The notes under the pieces: generated by a model
What the model was told of the DNA's origin: nothing
What the model saw: only the letters and a program-made list of their open reading frames with translations
Database searches by the model: none
In this document: piece by piece, positions 44,156 through 54,291 of the stretch
How the letters are laid out: every line of letters begins with the position of its first letter
How positions within the stretch are numbered: position 1 is the stretch's first letter
Made by a program: the position numbers and the translations under genes
DNA from: a virus
Strand: one strand, 5' to 3'
Virus record (IMG/VR): IMGVR_UViG_3300013004_000026
Span: 64,001 to 128,000 of that record
Length of the DNA stretch: 64,000 nucleotides

Positions 44156-44935
44156 TTACTGTTCTAGCTCTTTCAATTCACTTATAAACTCTGCTTCTGG
44201 AATGCGTGTGCGAGTATTTTTACTGCCCAGCACCACCACAATTCTATCGCCCAAATCAGTGTCCATGAGCATGACAATGCATCCGCCACTGGTAGTTATC
44301 CAACCAGTCTTGCTTACTATCACTCGCTGAGTTCTACCAACCAAGGGATTGGTTTGAGGAAATAAAAAATACTTTTTCTTTAGTTTGATTTGTACTTTGG
44401 TCTTTTGACTGGCTTCAATCACTGCACCATAAGTTCTGGCCGCACGAACAAGCATGACAAGTTCTCTAGCAGTACTGACATTTCTAGCATCTAGGCCTGT
44501 GGGCTCATATACCACACTGTTGACCATGCCCAGTGTTTTCATCTTGATGTTCATTTCATCAACACAGGCTCTAAGCCCGCCGGGGTAGTGTTCGCACAAG
44601 GTCTGTGCAGCACGGTTGTCACTCTTGACCATGGCCAGTTCAATCAAGGTGCGACGACTCAGAGTTTTTATCTTTCTGGGAATATGACTTTTAGGGGCTC
44701 GAGCCAGGGTAAGCTGTTCCTCCATGCTTTGACCTGCGTCTAACACAGTCATTACTGTGAGTAGTTTTGTGATACTGGCTATGCTGCGAACTTGATCCGT
44801 GTTATCGCTGCGGATTATGTTTCCTTGTGGATCTGACACAAGCCAGCTTTGTGCGGTAAGGTGTCCTTTTGCGACAGTTGACCCATGACCACAAATGGCG
44901 AAAAGTACCAATCCAATAATAATTTTATTGAACAA
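44156..44935 (-). CDS. D-alanyl-D-alanine peptidase, family S11 (PBP7-like)
   Basis: ASITK (SxxK), SDN, KTG; signal peptide. Confidence 0.9.
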   Translation of the reverse strand: MFNKIIIGLVLFAICGHGSTVAKGHLTAQSWLVSDPQGNIIRSDNTDQVRSIASITKLLTVMTVLDAGQSMEEQLTLARAPKSHIPRKIKTLSRRTLIELAMVKSDNRAAQTLCEHYPGGLRACVDEMNIKMKTLGMVNSVVYEPTGLDARNVSTARELVMLVRAARTYGAVIEASQKTKVQIKLKKKYFLFPQTNPLVGRTQRVIVSKTGWITTSGGCIVMLMDTDLGDRIVVVLGSKNTRTRIPEAEFISELKELEQ

Positions 44936-44956
44936 TCAAAAATCCAATCCAAGTAA

Positions 44957-47020
44957 TTATTTAGAAGTGGCACGATATACGCCATCCCAATCCTTGGGCA
45001 GTTTGGCCCGTTTCATTTCTTCACAGCGCAGGATCCAAAGTTCATAGTAGTGATCCATTTGTCCGTCAAACTCGCCTGTGAGTTCTTGGCACAGTTTGAT
45101 AGCTGCATCAAACTTTTGCTGTCTATACAGCACAATCATTTCATCATGAGTTTCTTTGGCCATGATGTACTCGGGCATGCCACCTGCATTGGTAGTCAAC
45201 GGAGTGTATATATTTAACCCAATTGCTTTGCCTTTCACCGCAATGCAATCTAGTTCCAGGCACAAGAAATCATCCTTGACCATTTGATAGGTGTCCGGGC
45301 CAATGATTATGAGCACCCCATAGCCTTTGGTTTGTCCTTCCAGTCGAGCAGCTACAGACACCGGATCGCCCAGCACATCGTATCCCATCTTACCTTCAGA
45401 TCCAATATTGCCTACCAAGATCTTACCGGTGTTGACACCGGCGCCCATGCCCACTGGTGGTTTGCCGATGCTGGCCAGGTGGTTGTTAAACTGTTCTACC
45501 GCTTGGATCATTTCCATAGTAGTCTTGACTGCACGATAGGCATGACGGTCGTCGTTAACTGGTGCACCGTGTATGTGCAAACTGGCGTCGCCGATGAACT
45601 TGATCAAACAGCCATCATTGGCAAACACAGGTCGGCTGATCGCAGTCATGTATTCATTCATGATGGCAGTGAAGCCTTCGACATCTGCACCATACTTTTC
45701 TCCCAGTCCAGTAAAGTTGCGCATGTCTGTCATGATCACTGACAGCACTTTTTCTTCACCGCCCAACTTGATCAGCTCGGGATTCTTTTGCAGTCGTTCA
45801 ACAATCACGGGACTCACATATGACCCAAATTGTTTCTTGATCTGTTGCTTCTGTAAGAACTCACTCACAAACTTAACGCCGTAAGTATGCAAAGCCACGA
45901 GCACAATACCAGCCGTGATTGCTGTCGCGTCTGCCAAGACGAGCCAGTTACTGAAAATATACTGAGTAACAGGAGCCACGGCAACGACCCCAAAAACAGT
46001 TGCACCCAAACCAACATAAGTCCACCTTGATAAAGAAATAATAATTAGTCCCAATAACAGCAATGTCAGAATCTCAGCGCCATCTGCATAGTCCGGACGC
46101 TGAATGGTAACATTGTTAAACATGGTTCCAATCACAGCAGCCTGCGCATCGTTGGGATACACCGCTCCTATGCTGGTGGGCACAGGATTTGAAATACCAG
46201 CTGCGGTAGGACCCACAAGGACTAGTGCGCCTTTAAGGTCTGCAGGCAGTTGTGTAATACTATAAGCGTGTGACTTTTGTGACCAGTCAATCCATATGCG
46301 ACCAAGATTGTCCGTGGCAATTGGACCAAATTTGGGTATGCGCATTTTTTCAACGCCATACTCATTTAACTTTATTTGAAAGGTGGTGTCACCTGCTGCT
46401 ACTCGCAACACTTCCATACCCAAACTTGGGTACAGAATGTCATTGACGCCAAATATCAAAGGCAGTCTTCGATTGACGCCATCTATTTCTGGCAGCGTGT
46501 GAGTACCACCTATGCCTGCCGCAGCATTTTCTATAGCAGGAATGTTAGCAATAATACCTGGATAGTTTACAATGTTTTCGATCCACTCTGGCCCAAGCAC
46601 TGCACTGCCAGGATTGCGAGGTTTGTTTTTTGTTTGATCACCTGGTACATTGGCAATGACCACAGGATATTTTTGCATTACCGCAGCTAGAGCAGCATCC
46701 CCGCCTAGCCTGTCTGTGTCCGGCATGAGCACATTCAGCACCACCAATCCTGCACCACGATTGTAAAGATCTTCTATCATGCGAGCATAGGTGTCTCGCT
46801 TGAATGGCCACTGTCCGTACTTGTCTAAAGCAGTTTCGTCAATGTTGGCCGTAACAATGTTGTTTTGTGTAGGAGCTTTGTCAGCTATTAGAGTATCAAA
46901 GTAGCGTAGTCTTATACTTTCTACAAAGACAGGATCAGCAATTCTTATACTTATAATAAGTGCCAATGTTAAAAGTGCGGTCCACGGATTTGACAGCACA
47001 GCTTTGATTTTGTTTTTCAT
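44957..47020 (-). CDS. CHASE2-domain class III adenylate/guanylate cyclase
   Basis: GQWPF.R and DGVNRR (CHASE2), TM helices, TDMRNFT, KFIGDA, YDVLGDPVSVAARLE, TPR-like tail. Confidence 0.93.
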   Translation of the reverse strand: MKNKIKAVLSNPWTALLTLALIISIRIADPVFVESIRLRYFDTLIADKAPTQNNIVTANIDETALDKYGQWPFKRDTYARMIEDLYNRGAGLVVLNVLMPDTDRLGGDAALAAVMQKYPVVIANVPGDQTKNKPRNPGSAVLGPEWIENIVNYPGIIANIPAIENAAAGIGGTHTLPEIDGVNRRLPLIFGVNDILYPSLGMEVLRVAAGDTTFQIKLNEYGVEKMRIPKFGPIATDNLGRIWIDWSQKSHAYSITQLPADLKGALVLVGPTAAGISNPVPTSIGAVYPNDAQAAVIGTMFNNVTIQRPDYADGAEILTLLLLGLIIISLSRWTYVGLGATVFGVVAVAPVTQYIFSNWLVLADATAITAGIVLVALHTYGVKFVSEFLQKQQIKKQFGSYVSPVIVERLQKNPELIKLGGEEKVLSVIMTDMRNFTGLGEKYGADVEGFTAIMNEYMTAISRPVFANDGCLIKFIGDASLHIHGAPVNDDRHAYRAVKTTMEMIQAVEQFNNHLASIGKPPVGMGAGVNTGKILVGNIGSEGKMGYDVLGDPVSVAARLEGQTKGYGVLIIIGPDTYQMVKDDFLCLELDCIAVKGKAIGLNIYTPLTTNAGGMPEYIMAKETHDEMIVLYRQQKFDAAIKLCQELTGEFDGQMDHYYELWILRCEEMKRAKLPKDWDGVYRATSK

Positions 47021-47073
47021 TTAATTATTTAAGGTTCTAGGTATTTGCCTATGGACCAGCATTGTATTTACAA

Positions 47074-47376
47074 TTACACAGATTCACCTAGTAACAAAGT
47101 AGAACCATCACCAACACCCACAATGCAAGCAATGCCTTCTGTGTTCATTTGCAGCATGGTCCAGGTGCCCAGTTTTTCATTTACAAACAAAGTATACCTG
47201 GTGTGGTCCACTGGATTTTTAGCTGACCAAATTGGTTTTTCGTTATAGTTAGACAAGGAAAAAAGCAAACTTTCAATGCTGTCGCACAGTACCGGTTTAC
47301 GAGCTTCAAATGGTTGGGCATTGACATTGGATAGTATTGACGCAAATGCTACGCATGACATAATTAATTTTTTCAT
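47074..47376 (-). CDS. small secreted protein
   Basis: Signal peptide; KPVLC...GTWT...ACIVGVG; GGAGG SD. Confidence 0.7.
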   Translation of the reverse strand: MKKLIMSCVAFASILSNVNAQPFEARKPVLCDSIESLLFSLSNYNEKPIWSAKNPVDHTRYTLFVNEKLGTWTMLQMNTEGIACIVGVGDGSTLLLGESV

Positions 47377-47457
47377 TTGTTGCCTCCGGTGGTGCAATAT
47401 TTATGTAAAAAAGCCCTCCGAAGAGGGCTTGAAACACAGCACTTGAGTATAGTTGTT

Positions 47458-49809
47458 TTAGTTAAATACCCATCTGATGCTTGCCTGTGCTGTGGAGTGT
47501 GACACACCATTTTGATACTGCTGTCCCACAGTAATACCTCCCACAATGTTTTGTCTTGGAGCAAAGTTGATTCCTGCTCTAACAGTGCTTAGGCTAGTAT
47601 CTGTGTGACTGGCTTCTAGCATGAAATTCACAGCGTCTTTGATCACAGTGTCATAGCGCAAGCCCAGTTCACTCACTGTGCGAGTACGATTAACACTGTC
47701 ATATGACATGGCTGTGATAGCATCACCAGACTCTATCAGTGCATTGCGCTTGTTCTGTTCCACACGAATACCACCAAACGGCCTAAAGCCGCGCCAGTCT
47801 GGCGTATACAATCTGTTGCTGATCCAAGCATCTGCACCTGTGGTTTTACCAGAGTTTGAATAACCTAGGTCTGGCAACAGATGATAGTTGGTAAAACTGT
47901 TCTGAGCATAACCTACATCAGTTTTGAACAACCAATTGTTATGGTTGTACAGGCTGTAGATACCCACATGGTCTTTGGTAAGTGATCCACCTGCATCTTG
48001 CCCTGACAGTGTGCCGCGCACATGATTGTATTGTAGACCCACTACCCAGTTGCCCTTGATCTGTTTTTCGTGCCCAACACCAAGGCGACGGTTGGTTAAC
48101 GAGTAGGTGTCGTTGGTGTTGGTTGTGCCACCTTCTGTAACTAGATACCACCAGCCTTTTTCCTGACTACCAGCATTACGAGTTCTGCTGGTCAATCCTT
48201 CACCATTGCTGGTATGACGACTTAACACATCGCTGTCCAAGTTCATGTTCATACGATTGTTAGCTGCCTCCAACTGACTGTATTGATCAATTCTAGTGTA
48301 ATAGTTTTGATTGCTTGAAGTTGTTACAACTTCGTTGGTAGTAGTTACATTGGTTGTGACATCGTTACGCACAGTCACAGTTGTCACTGGAGTTCCGTCG
48401 GCGGTAGTAGTAGTACCATCACTCCAGGTTGTTACTGTTCTAGGAGTGGTAACTGTGGTCACTGTTACAGGTGTTGTTTGAGTTGTAGTAGTGGTCACAG
48501 GTGTTGTGCTTACCACTGTGGTTGTACGCACCACTGCCAACTGTTTGTTATCAGCTGTGGCGTCACCGCGGTTATTGGCATGAGTAACTACCTCTACAGT
48601 GTTGCCACGCACAATAGTAGCACTTGTTACTGTGGTGCCTGGGGTTTCTGTTGTCACAACCTGCGAAGTACCAGGTGCGGTGCTGACCACAGTGGGGGTA
48701 GTATTCAAGCTAGATGTCGCTCCGGATGTGCCAGGATTGGCCACTGTACCATCGCCTGTGTCTGTGCTGGTTGTTGTGCTGGCGCTGTTGTAGTAATAGC
48801 TGACTTCAGATACTTGCACACTGTTACAATTTTCAGTTCCCAACCAACCACCACCGTAGGCCGCCATACAGTTTGTCATGTTAGGATATAAATCCAGAGC
48901 CTTGGTGCTGTCAAAGGTGATAAAGTAATACACATACGCATTGGTATTGGTAAAAGTGATATCGCTAGATGCAGTGAAGCGACTGTCACTGAGAGTTATG
49001 GCTTGATTGTCAACAATAGTAGTCCAAGTCTTGCCATCATTGGAGCCAAACAAACTGAATTTGCTAGGATCTCTTGGAGCATAGTCGTTGGCAGTGGTTA
49101 TAGTTAACTTTTCCAGCACACGACCTTGATCCAGCTTGATTGTAAAACCAGCACTGGCACGATCAAAGTTCAGGTATTTTGTGCCTGAGTTGCCATCAAT
49201 CACATTGGTAGCACCTTCTCCCGACGGACTGTTATTGCTAGTTGGAGTCACTTGTACCACATTAGCACTGGTAATTGCTGTGTATGTTGGCGTGGTGCTG
49301 CCGCTACCGGCTGTTTGCCCTGCTGCCAATGGGGTGGTGCTGGCCCAGGTGTAACTGCTTATATCACCGGCACTAACACTGGTGTCCATATTGGTAAAAC
49401 TGGCACTGGCACCGTAATTGTAGCCCTCTGCTGTGGAAATTACATTTCCAAGCCATCCACTACCAAGATAAAAGATAGCTCCACTTCCCAGTGCTGTTAT
49501 CTGTCCTGTAGAGTGGATTATTCTATTCAGTGTGTTGTCACTGTTGTACAATCCCATACCATGAGTGCCATCACCATTGTCAATGAATTTGAAATATTGA
49601 CCAGCGGTGGCTGTGACAGTTTGGAAATTGGAATCATACGGTGCAATAAAATTTGAAGCGTTTAAGGTAGTTCCGCTCCAGTTGTATTGCACATCAAAGA
49701 TTTGATTAATACTAAACGCACCATCTGTTACTGCGGCATTGGTGTTTGAAACCATGCCCATGGCCAAGGCCATAGCGGCCACGAAGGCCATTACTTTTTT
49801 TATTATCAT
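47458..49809 (-). CDS. autotransporter-like surface protein (discoidin/F5/8C domain, Thr-rich stalk, C-terminal barrel)
   Basis: Signal peptide; N.IDG...TKYL..TTAND...RDP..F.L.GSNDG..WT; long T/V-rich run; amphipathic strands ending RWVFN. Confidence 0.8.
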   Translation of the reverse strand: MIIKKVMAFVAAMALAMGMVSNTNAAVTDGAFSINQIFDVQYNWSGTTLNASNFIAPYDSNFQTVTATAGQYFKFIDNGDGTHGMGLYNSDNTLNRIIHSTGQITALGSGAIFYLGSGWLGNVISTAEGYNYGASASFTNMDTSVSAGDISSYTWASTTPLAAGQTAGSGSTTPTYTAITSANVVQVTPTSNNSPSGEGATNVIDGNSGTKYLNFDRASAGFTIKLDQGRVLEKLTITTANDYAPRDPSKFSLFGSNDGKTWTTIVDNQAITLSDSRFTASSDITFTNTNAYVYYFITFDSTKALDLYPNMTNCMAAYGGGWLGTENCNSVQVSEVSYYYNSASTTTSTDTGDGTVANPGTSGATSSLNTTPTVVSTAPGTSQVVTTETPGTTVTSATIVRGNTVEVVTHANNRGDATADNKQLAVVRTTTVVSTTPVTTTTTQTTPVTVTTVTTPRTVTTWSDGTTTTADGTPVTTVTVRNDVTTNVTTTNEVVTTSSNQNYYTRIDQYSQLEAANNRMNMNLDSDVLSRHTSNGEGLTSRTRNAGSQEKGWWYLVTEGGTTNTNDTYSLTNRRLGVGHEKQIKGNWVVGLQYNHVRGTLSGQDAGGSLTKDHVGIYSLYNHNNWLFKTDVGYAQNSFTNYHLLPDLGYSNSGKTTGADAWISNRLYTPDWRGFRPFGGIRVEQNKRNALIESGDAITAMSYDSVNRTRTVSELGLRYDTVIKDAVNFMLEASHTDTSLSTVRAGINFAPRQNIVGGITVGQQYQNGVSHSTAQASIRWVFN

Positions 49810-49888
49810 TTTTTTCTCCAACTTTATTATTGTTATTGGTGTTGGTGCTAGTATTTAGGCCAAAATGGACAAACCAAAAAATACTGAG

Positions 49889-50992
49889 TTATTGCTGTGT
49901 TATAGTGAGTGAGCTGGTACTGCCTTTGTTGACATTTTGTATAATGGTCTGACCGTCTTGGTTCAAAGTAAATGTAGCATTTTTATTGGTATCAAAAGTA
50001 GCAGTGGCCGTGTGTACACCTGCTTTGTACAGTGTGACCTTGCTGGAATCTTCATTGAAATAATACAACAGTCCCAGTGACTTGTTGGCGGCATAGCCAG
50101 GCAACACTGGTATATCTAGTTCGTTGCTCAACAACGAAGCATTTTGTCTGTCTAGTTCATTCAATTCATTGTAGGCCAATAAATCTGCGTCTAAGTCATT
50201 TCTATCCAAGGCTGTTTTTTCATCTAGCGCATTGACATCTAATTTTGAAAATTTCAGTAGGTCAATATCTAATTCATTGAAATCCAACAGTCCTTTTTCT
50301 TTTCTGGCTATGCCTGCTTGCTCTGCGTCTGTTATTTCTTTTGGCTTGCTGATGATCAACATGTTGCTGATATTGGCTTGATCCAATCTTACCACCGTGG
50401 GCTCGGTAGGCGGTTGATAGGCACTGTTGACCATGGTGGCCTGATAAGGAACATCCAATAACACAACTCCTGCTAGATTTCTGACTTCTATCACACCTGT
50501 AACACAACCGCCTTTGGGATCACAACTGGGCAGCAGCATCACAAGGCTGCGCCCTAGTTCATCCACTGTCATGGAAAAATCAGTACCTCGTACGGCAATG
50601 GTAGCAGTGGGTGTTTTGATAGCTACCTGCTGGGGATTGTTTTTGGCTATCTGTCCCGAGGCATATCGTGCCGTACCCAAGGCCATGTTGATGGCCAACT
50701 TGCCTGATCCTTTCTTTGGATCATATACAAAATCATCTATGATCATTTTTGAATGTTCAGTGAGCTTGACTGTGGTTTTGTCTTCAAAGGTAAGTTCGGC
50801 CCGAGACTTGGCTGTGGAAATGGCGTCGTTCATTTCAACACCAGTATTCACAGCCGAGGGAATACTTTTCTTGTTCCTCAGAATCTCTGTAGGACCAGTT
50901 TGTTCTGTTACTTTGCCAACTGCGGCAGCAGCTTCAATCGGACTGAGTAACAGTAACGTTGTTATTAGAACCGTTGCTGGTAATAACTGCAT
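49889..50992 (-). CDS. FecR-domain protein with curlin-like C-terminal tail
   Basis: VGKVTEQTG, F.D.T.V.LTEHS, IDDFVYDP, TPTATIAVRGTDF; ends TLNQDG...LTITQQ. Confidence 0.85.
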   Translation of the reverse strand: MQLLPATVLITTLLLLSPIEAAAAVGKVTEQTGPTEILRNKKSIPSAVNTGVEMNDAISTAKSRAELTFEDKTTVKLTEHSKMIIDDFVYDPKKGSGKLAINMALGTARYASGQIAKNNPQQVAIKTPTATIAVRGTDFSMTVDELGRSLVMLLPSCDPKGGCVTGVIEVRNLAGVVLLDVPYQATMVNSAYQPPTEPTVVRLDQANISNMLIISKPKEITDAEQAGIARKEKGLLDFNELDIDLLKFSKLDVNALDEKTALDRNDLDADLLAYNELNELDRQNASLLSNELDIPVLPGYAANKSLGLLYYFNEDSSKVTLYKAGVHTATATFDTNKNATFTLNQDGQTIIQNVNKGSTSSLTITQQ

Positions 50993-51605
50993 TTTTATTT
51001 GACACTCCACTCTGTACCAGTGTAACCGCATTTGGTGCACCGTTTGCTCCACTGCCCGATACCGTAATTTCTCCTGAATGCAACCCCACACCAGATGCAG
51101 TGTGTGTTACATTGTTGTAGTTGCCGGTTATGGCTATGGTGCTTCTTGTTGTTCCTCCGCTGAGTGTTTGTACAGTGTTGTTATTATTACCAACTATTTC
51201 AGATCTAATGGTGTTTGCATTGCAGTTGGAAGCCAATGCTGTACCGCAGCCTACAGTTTGATTATTGCCACTACCATCAGCAGATATAACCACAGTGGCT
51301 CCAGTGCCATTGGTTTCATTGTTTACCACTACAGAAACAGTGTTACTGGCGCCTATTTGCGTGATAGTCACGCTGTTAAGATCGCCTTTGATCAGTGCAG
51401 GATCATCTGTGTTGCCTGATCCGTCAACATTTCCATTCACAAGATTACCAGCTCCTGTTTGCGTGATTGATACTGTGGAATTATCTCCTATTTGCTCAAT
51501 GTAGACATCATTGGCCCAACTGTTGGATAGCATCAGCCCTGACGCTGATAGCATGACCAACAAACTTTTCCACAATCTACTTTTATTTTTTATTTTAGTT
51601 TTCAT
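50934..51605 (-). CDS. curlin-like beta-solenoid secreted protein
   Basis: Signal; NDVYIEQIGDNSTVSITQTGAGN; repeated (I/V)xQ/xGxxN units. Confidence 0.8.
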   Translation of the reverse strand: MKTKIKNKSRLWKSLLVMLSASGLMLSNSWANDVYIEQIGDNSTVSITQTGAGNLVNGNVDGSGNTDDPALIKGDLNSVTITQIGASNTVSVVVNNETNGTGATVVISADGSGNNQTVGCGTALASNCNANTIRSEIVGNNNNTVQTLSGGTTRSTIAITGNYNNVTHTASGVGLHSGEITVSGSGANGAPNAVTLVQSGVSNKNAVITSNGSNNNVTVTQSD

Positions 51606-51702
51606 TTTAGCTCCAGATGCTTGTGCATCCATGTGTTACTTTCCCTTACTGCTCTGCTCCTTTGAAGGCGGTGCTCTCATCATTTTTGCTTCTTGCATGA
51701 CT

Positions 51703-52602
51703 TTATCTCTCGCTGGGCTGCTCCGTTGCGGGGGCTGCGCTGGCATCTGACTGGGATGGCGCGACGGTTTGTGATTGAACCAACTCATCTTTGTTCTCCT
51801 TAATTTGCGTTGTGCCACTGGCTGCAAGTTTTTTATATCTCCACAAGCCTTTCTTTTCGCCTGCTATGACCATGTCATGTACTGCTTGTTCTATGGCAAC
51901 TCGCACAGCATAGGTAGTCGGTTCATTAAGAGCAGATCCATTTTCAAGCTCAAGGGCCTTGGTACCTGCGTCTACAAAACGCAACACACCCACATTGTGC
52001 TGAGTGCTATAGATAGTTTTGCTAACAGCATTGCTTATTAGAACTTCACCACTGTTAACACTGATCAATCTGAGACTGATAACGATTTCATCCACACGGT
52101 ATTGTTGGCTTCCACCAATGCCTAAAAATCTAGCACCGTTGCCGCCACTTCTTATGTTGCTGTCATACCCTATAATGCCACCTTCAATCAGCACTCCTGC
52201 CACAGTCATTGGTTTCAATGGCCTAGCATCTTTTCCTTCATATACTTCTCGTTGATTGCGTATCAGCTGGCGCTCTTTGATCAGATTATCAAGCCCCACA
52301 CGCTCTACCACTTTGAACCAGTTGTTGGCGTCTTGCAGTGATTTTATTAAAAACACTTCTGCGCCCTGAGTGACTGCTTTTGAAAACACAGCCAATCTGT
52401 CATTGGGTTTCATCTGCCCTGTTTTGTCCGCAAATCCATACACAGCTATGGTTATAGGTGGCCCATCCAAGTCAGGTAATTTTGTTACTAGATTTTCTTT
52501 TGGCAGTAGTGCAACAGGCTCTTCTTTGTTCAGGTCCATGTTTACATGAGCACATCCCGAGAGAGCTGTCGCAAGGATTGTGTATAGCAAGATGTGTTTC
52601 AT
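51703..52602 (-). CDS. csgG: curli secretion channel CsgG-like lipoprotein
   Basis: LSGC lipobox; AVYGFADKTGQ, SKAVTQG, WFKVVERVGLDNLIKERQLIR, EGGIIGYDSN. Confidence 0.93.
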   Translation of the reverse strand: MKHILLYTILATALSGCAHVNMDLNKEEPVALLPKENLVTKLPDLDGPPITIAVYGFADKTGQMKPNDRLAVFSKAVTQGAEVFLIKSLQDANNWFKVVERVGLDNLIKERQLIRNQREVYEGKDARPLKPMTVAGVLIEGGIIGYDSNIRSGGNGARFLGIGGSQQYRVDEIVISLRLISVNSGEVLISNAVSKTIYSTQHNVGVLRFVDAGTKALELENGSALNEPTTYAVRVAIEQAVHDMVIAGEKKGLWRYKKLAASGTTQIKENKDELVQSQTVAPSQSDASAAPATEQPSER

Positions 52603-53048
52603 TAAAATGCAAAGCTCGCTATTGGGACAATTATTTCTGTTCTGCCACCTGTAGCTTCAATTATGGTCAAAGTTACATCGGTGCCAGTTTTAACCCAACT
52701 GATATTTGTACCTTGAAAGTCCATGCTACCGCTGTTGCCGCCACCTTCAGCAAACATTTGATCAGCCAGCTGTTTGGATAATTGGGCGTAGATACGGGCT
52801 TCTACATTTACAAGAAATTTTGCAAGATTTGTTTGTTTTGCGGCTGCTTCTGCTTTGGCCAATGCTGCGGCTGCTTCTGCTTTGATTTCTTTGGCTTTGT
52901 TTTCTTCCATCTGGAAGATGGAAAGTACATGTTGGCTGTAGCCGTTGCCCGGTATAAACGCAGGGCTTTGAAATTGATGCACCAGCTCGGTTGGACGAGC
53001 AACCGCTGATACAGTGACTAGCGCCACCACCAGCAGTAACCTTTTCAT
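52602..53048 (-). CDS. csgF: curli assembly protein CsgF-like
   Basis: ELVHQFQSPAF..GNG after the signal; IYAQLSKQL; adjacent to csgG. Confidence 0.85.
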   Translation of the reverse strand: MKRLLLVVALVTVSAVARPTELVHQFQSPAFIPGNGYSQHVLSIFQMEENKAKEIKAEAAAALAKAEAAAKQTNLAKFLVNVEARIYAQLSKQLADQMFAEGGGNSGSMDFQGTNISWVKTGTDVTLTIIEATGGRTEIIVPIASFAF

Positions 53049-53157
53049 CTTCCCAGCTCCTTTTGATAATTCCGCAGGGCTTGTTGATGATTTTAATTGA
53101 TAGAAACGCCCTTGTTATGTAAGTATTTACAACATCAAGAGCATCAATTCACTGGTG

Positions 53158-53499
53158 CTATTTTGGTAAATTGGGCAGTATAAGTTTGGTTGACCCAGTG
53201 CTGATTATACGGTGCAGGATTTCACTGTAAAAACTGTCTAATTCGCCACTAAATTTTCCAATCAAACTTTTACTTAATTCTGTGGCCCTTGCACAATCGT
53301 TATTTTTTACAGCCTGTATCAACTGCTCGTGTAGTGCTACATTAGATTCAAGTGATGCCATTTCCATTACAATTTGCTCCACTGGCAACACACAAAAGGC
53401 AGGAACAAGGCCGTCAGGATGCGGCATACTGTCTAGCTCTAGCAAGGTATATCTTTTGCGTAATTCGTCGGCAACTGCTTGTGTAAGAACAATATGCAT
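53158..53499 (-). CDS. hypothetical protein (resembles the C-terminal tail of phage cyclases)
   Basis: YTLLELD...LIGKFSGELDSFY resembles LCLELD...LTGEFDGQMDHYY of the 44957..47020 cyclase. Confidence 0.6.
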   Translation of the reverse strand: MHIVLTQAVADELRKRYTLLELDSMPHPDGLVPAFCVLPVEQIVMEMASLESNVALHEQLIQAVKNNDCARATELSKSLIGKFSGELDSFYSEILHRIISTGSTKLILPNLPK

Positions 53500-53500
53500 G

Positions 53501-53740
53501 TTACCACCGTTGACTTTGTTCTCTAAACGCTTCTAGTCTAGCTGCTTTATTACTTTCTGTTGCGGAACTCTGATTGCCGGTGTTTGCTAGCATGGCTGTT
53601 TGTACCACAGTTTGTTCAATGCTGTGTACTGTGTTCTTTAGTTCTTCTACATCGTCAAGTATAAACTTGATTCTGGTATCCATGGCTTTGACAATACTAA
53701 TCAGTTCGTCAACTTTGCTATCAGTTTCTTTTTCGTACAT
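53501..53740 (-). CDS. coiled-coil hypothetical protein
   Basis: ORF track. Confidence 0.65.
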   Translation of the reverse strand: MYEKETDSKVDELISIVKAMDTRIKFILDDVEELKNTVHSIEQTVVQTAMLANTGNQSSATESNKAARLEAFREQSQRW

Positions 53741-54291
53741 TAGGCATGGGCCCTTTCTTTAGGGTTAACAACTTTTGCTTTTTTATATATTTCTTGAACA
53801 CCAATAGCTTGATAATAACAATCCATAAGAGCATTGTGTGCTGCTCTGCGCGATTTATCTCTTGGGTCGCCGTGTACACCAAACAATGTACGACTGTCAC
53901 GAATTTGCCAGAATTGCCATGGTGTGGGCTTGCCCAGCTGGCGATACAAGTTTTCTAAAATAACAATATCAAACGCAGGCCCTTGACACCAAATACTGTC
54001 AACTCCTACTAGAAATCTGTTCAGACTGGAGGACAATGTTTCTAGACTCACTCTGTTTGATTCGCCCATGGCTTCTTCAAAAACTTCAGATTCTTGTTTT
54101 CCCCACCAGTCAACAGTTTCTTGTTGTACATGACGGCCCAGGCTCAGTTGTTCGTCGACATCAATGCGCAGATATAAACCTGCTTCTGCATCAACATCCT
54201 CCTCCCAGGGATTGAATTTCACAGCGCCAATGGTTAAGATCACGCTTTCTGGGCGTGTGCTCAGAGTTTCTAAATCAAGCATCACATCCAT
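53740..54291 (-). CDS. DEDD 3'-5' exo(ribo)nuclease, Rv2179c-like
   Basis: MLDLETL, FDIVIL, RDSRT, HNALMD. Confidence 0.88.
   Translation of the reverse strand: MDVMLDLETLSTRPESVILTIGAVKFNPWEEDVDAEAGLYLRIDVDEQLSLGRHVQQETVDWWGKQESEVFEEAMGESNRVSLETLSSSLNRFLVGVDSIWCQGPAFDIVILENLYRQLGKPTPWQFWQIRDSRTLFGVHGDPRDKSRRAAHNALMDCYYQAIGVQEIYKKAKVVNPKERAHA

Noticed and set aside
48300-48700. Low-complexity gtt/agt-rich tract
   Set aside because: Encodes the Thr/Val-rich stalk of the autotransporter-like protein.
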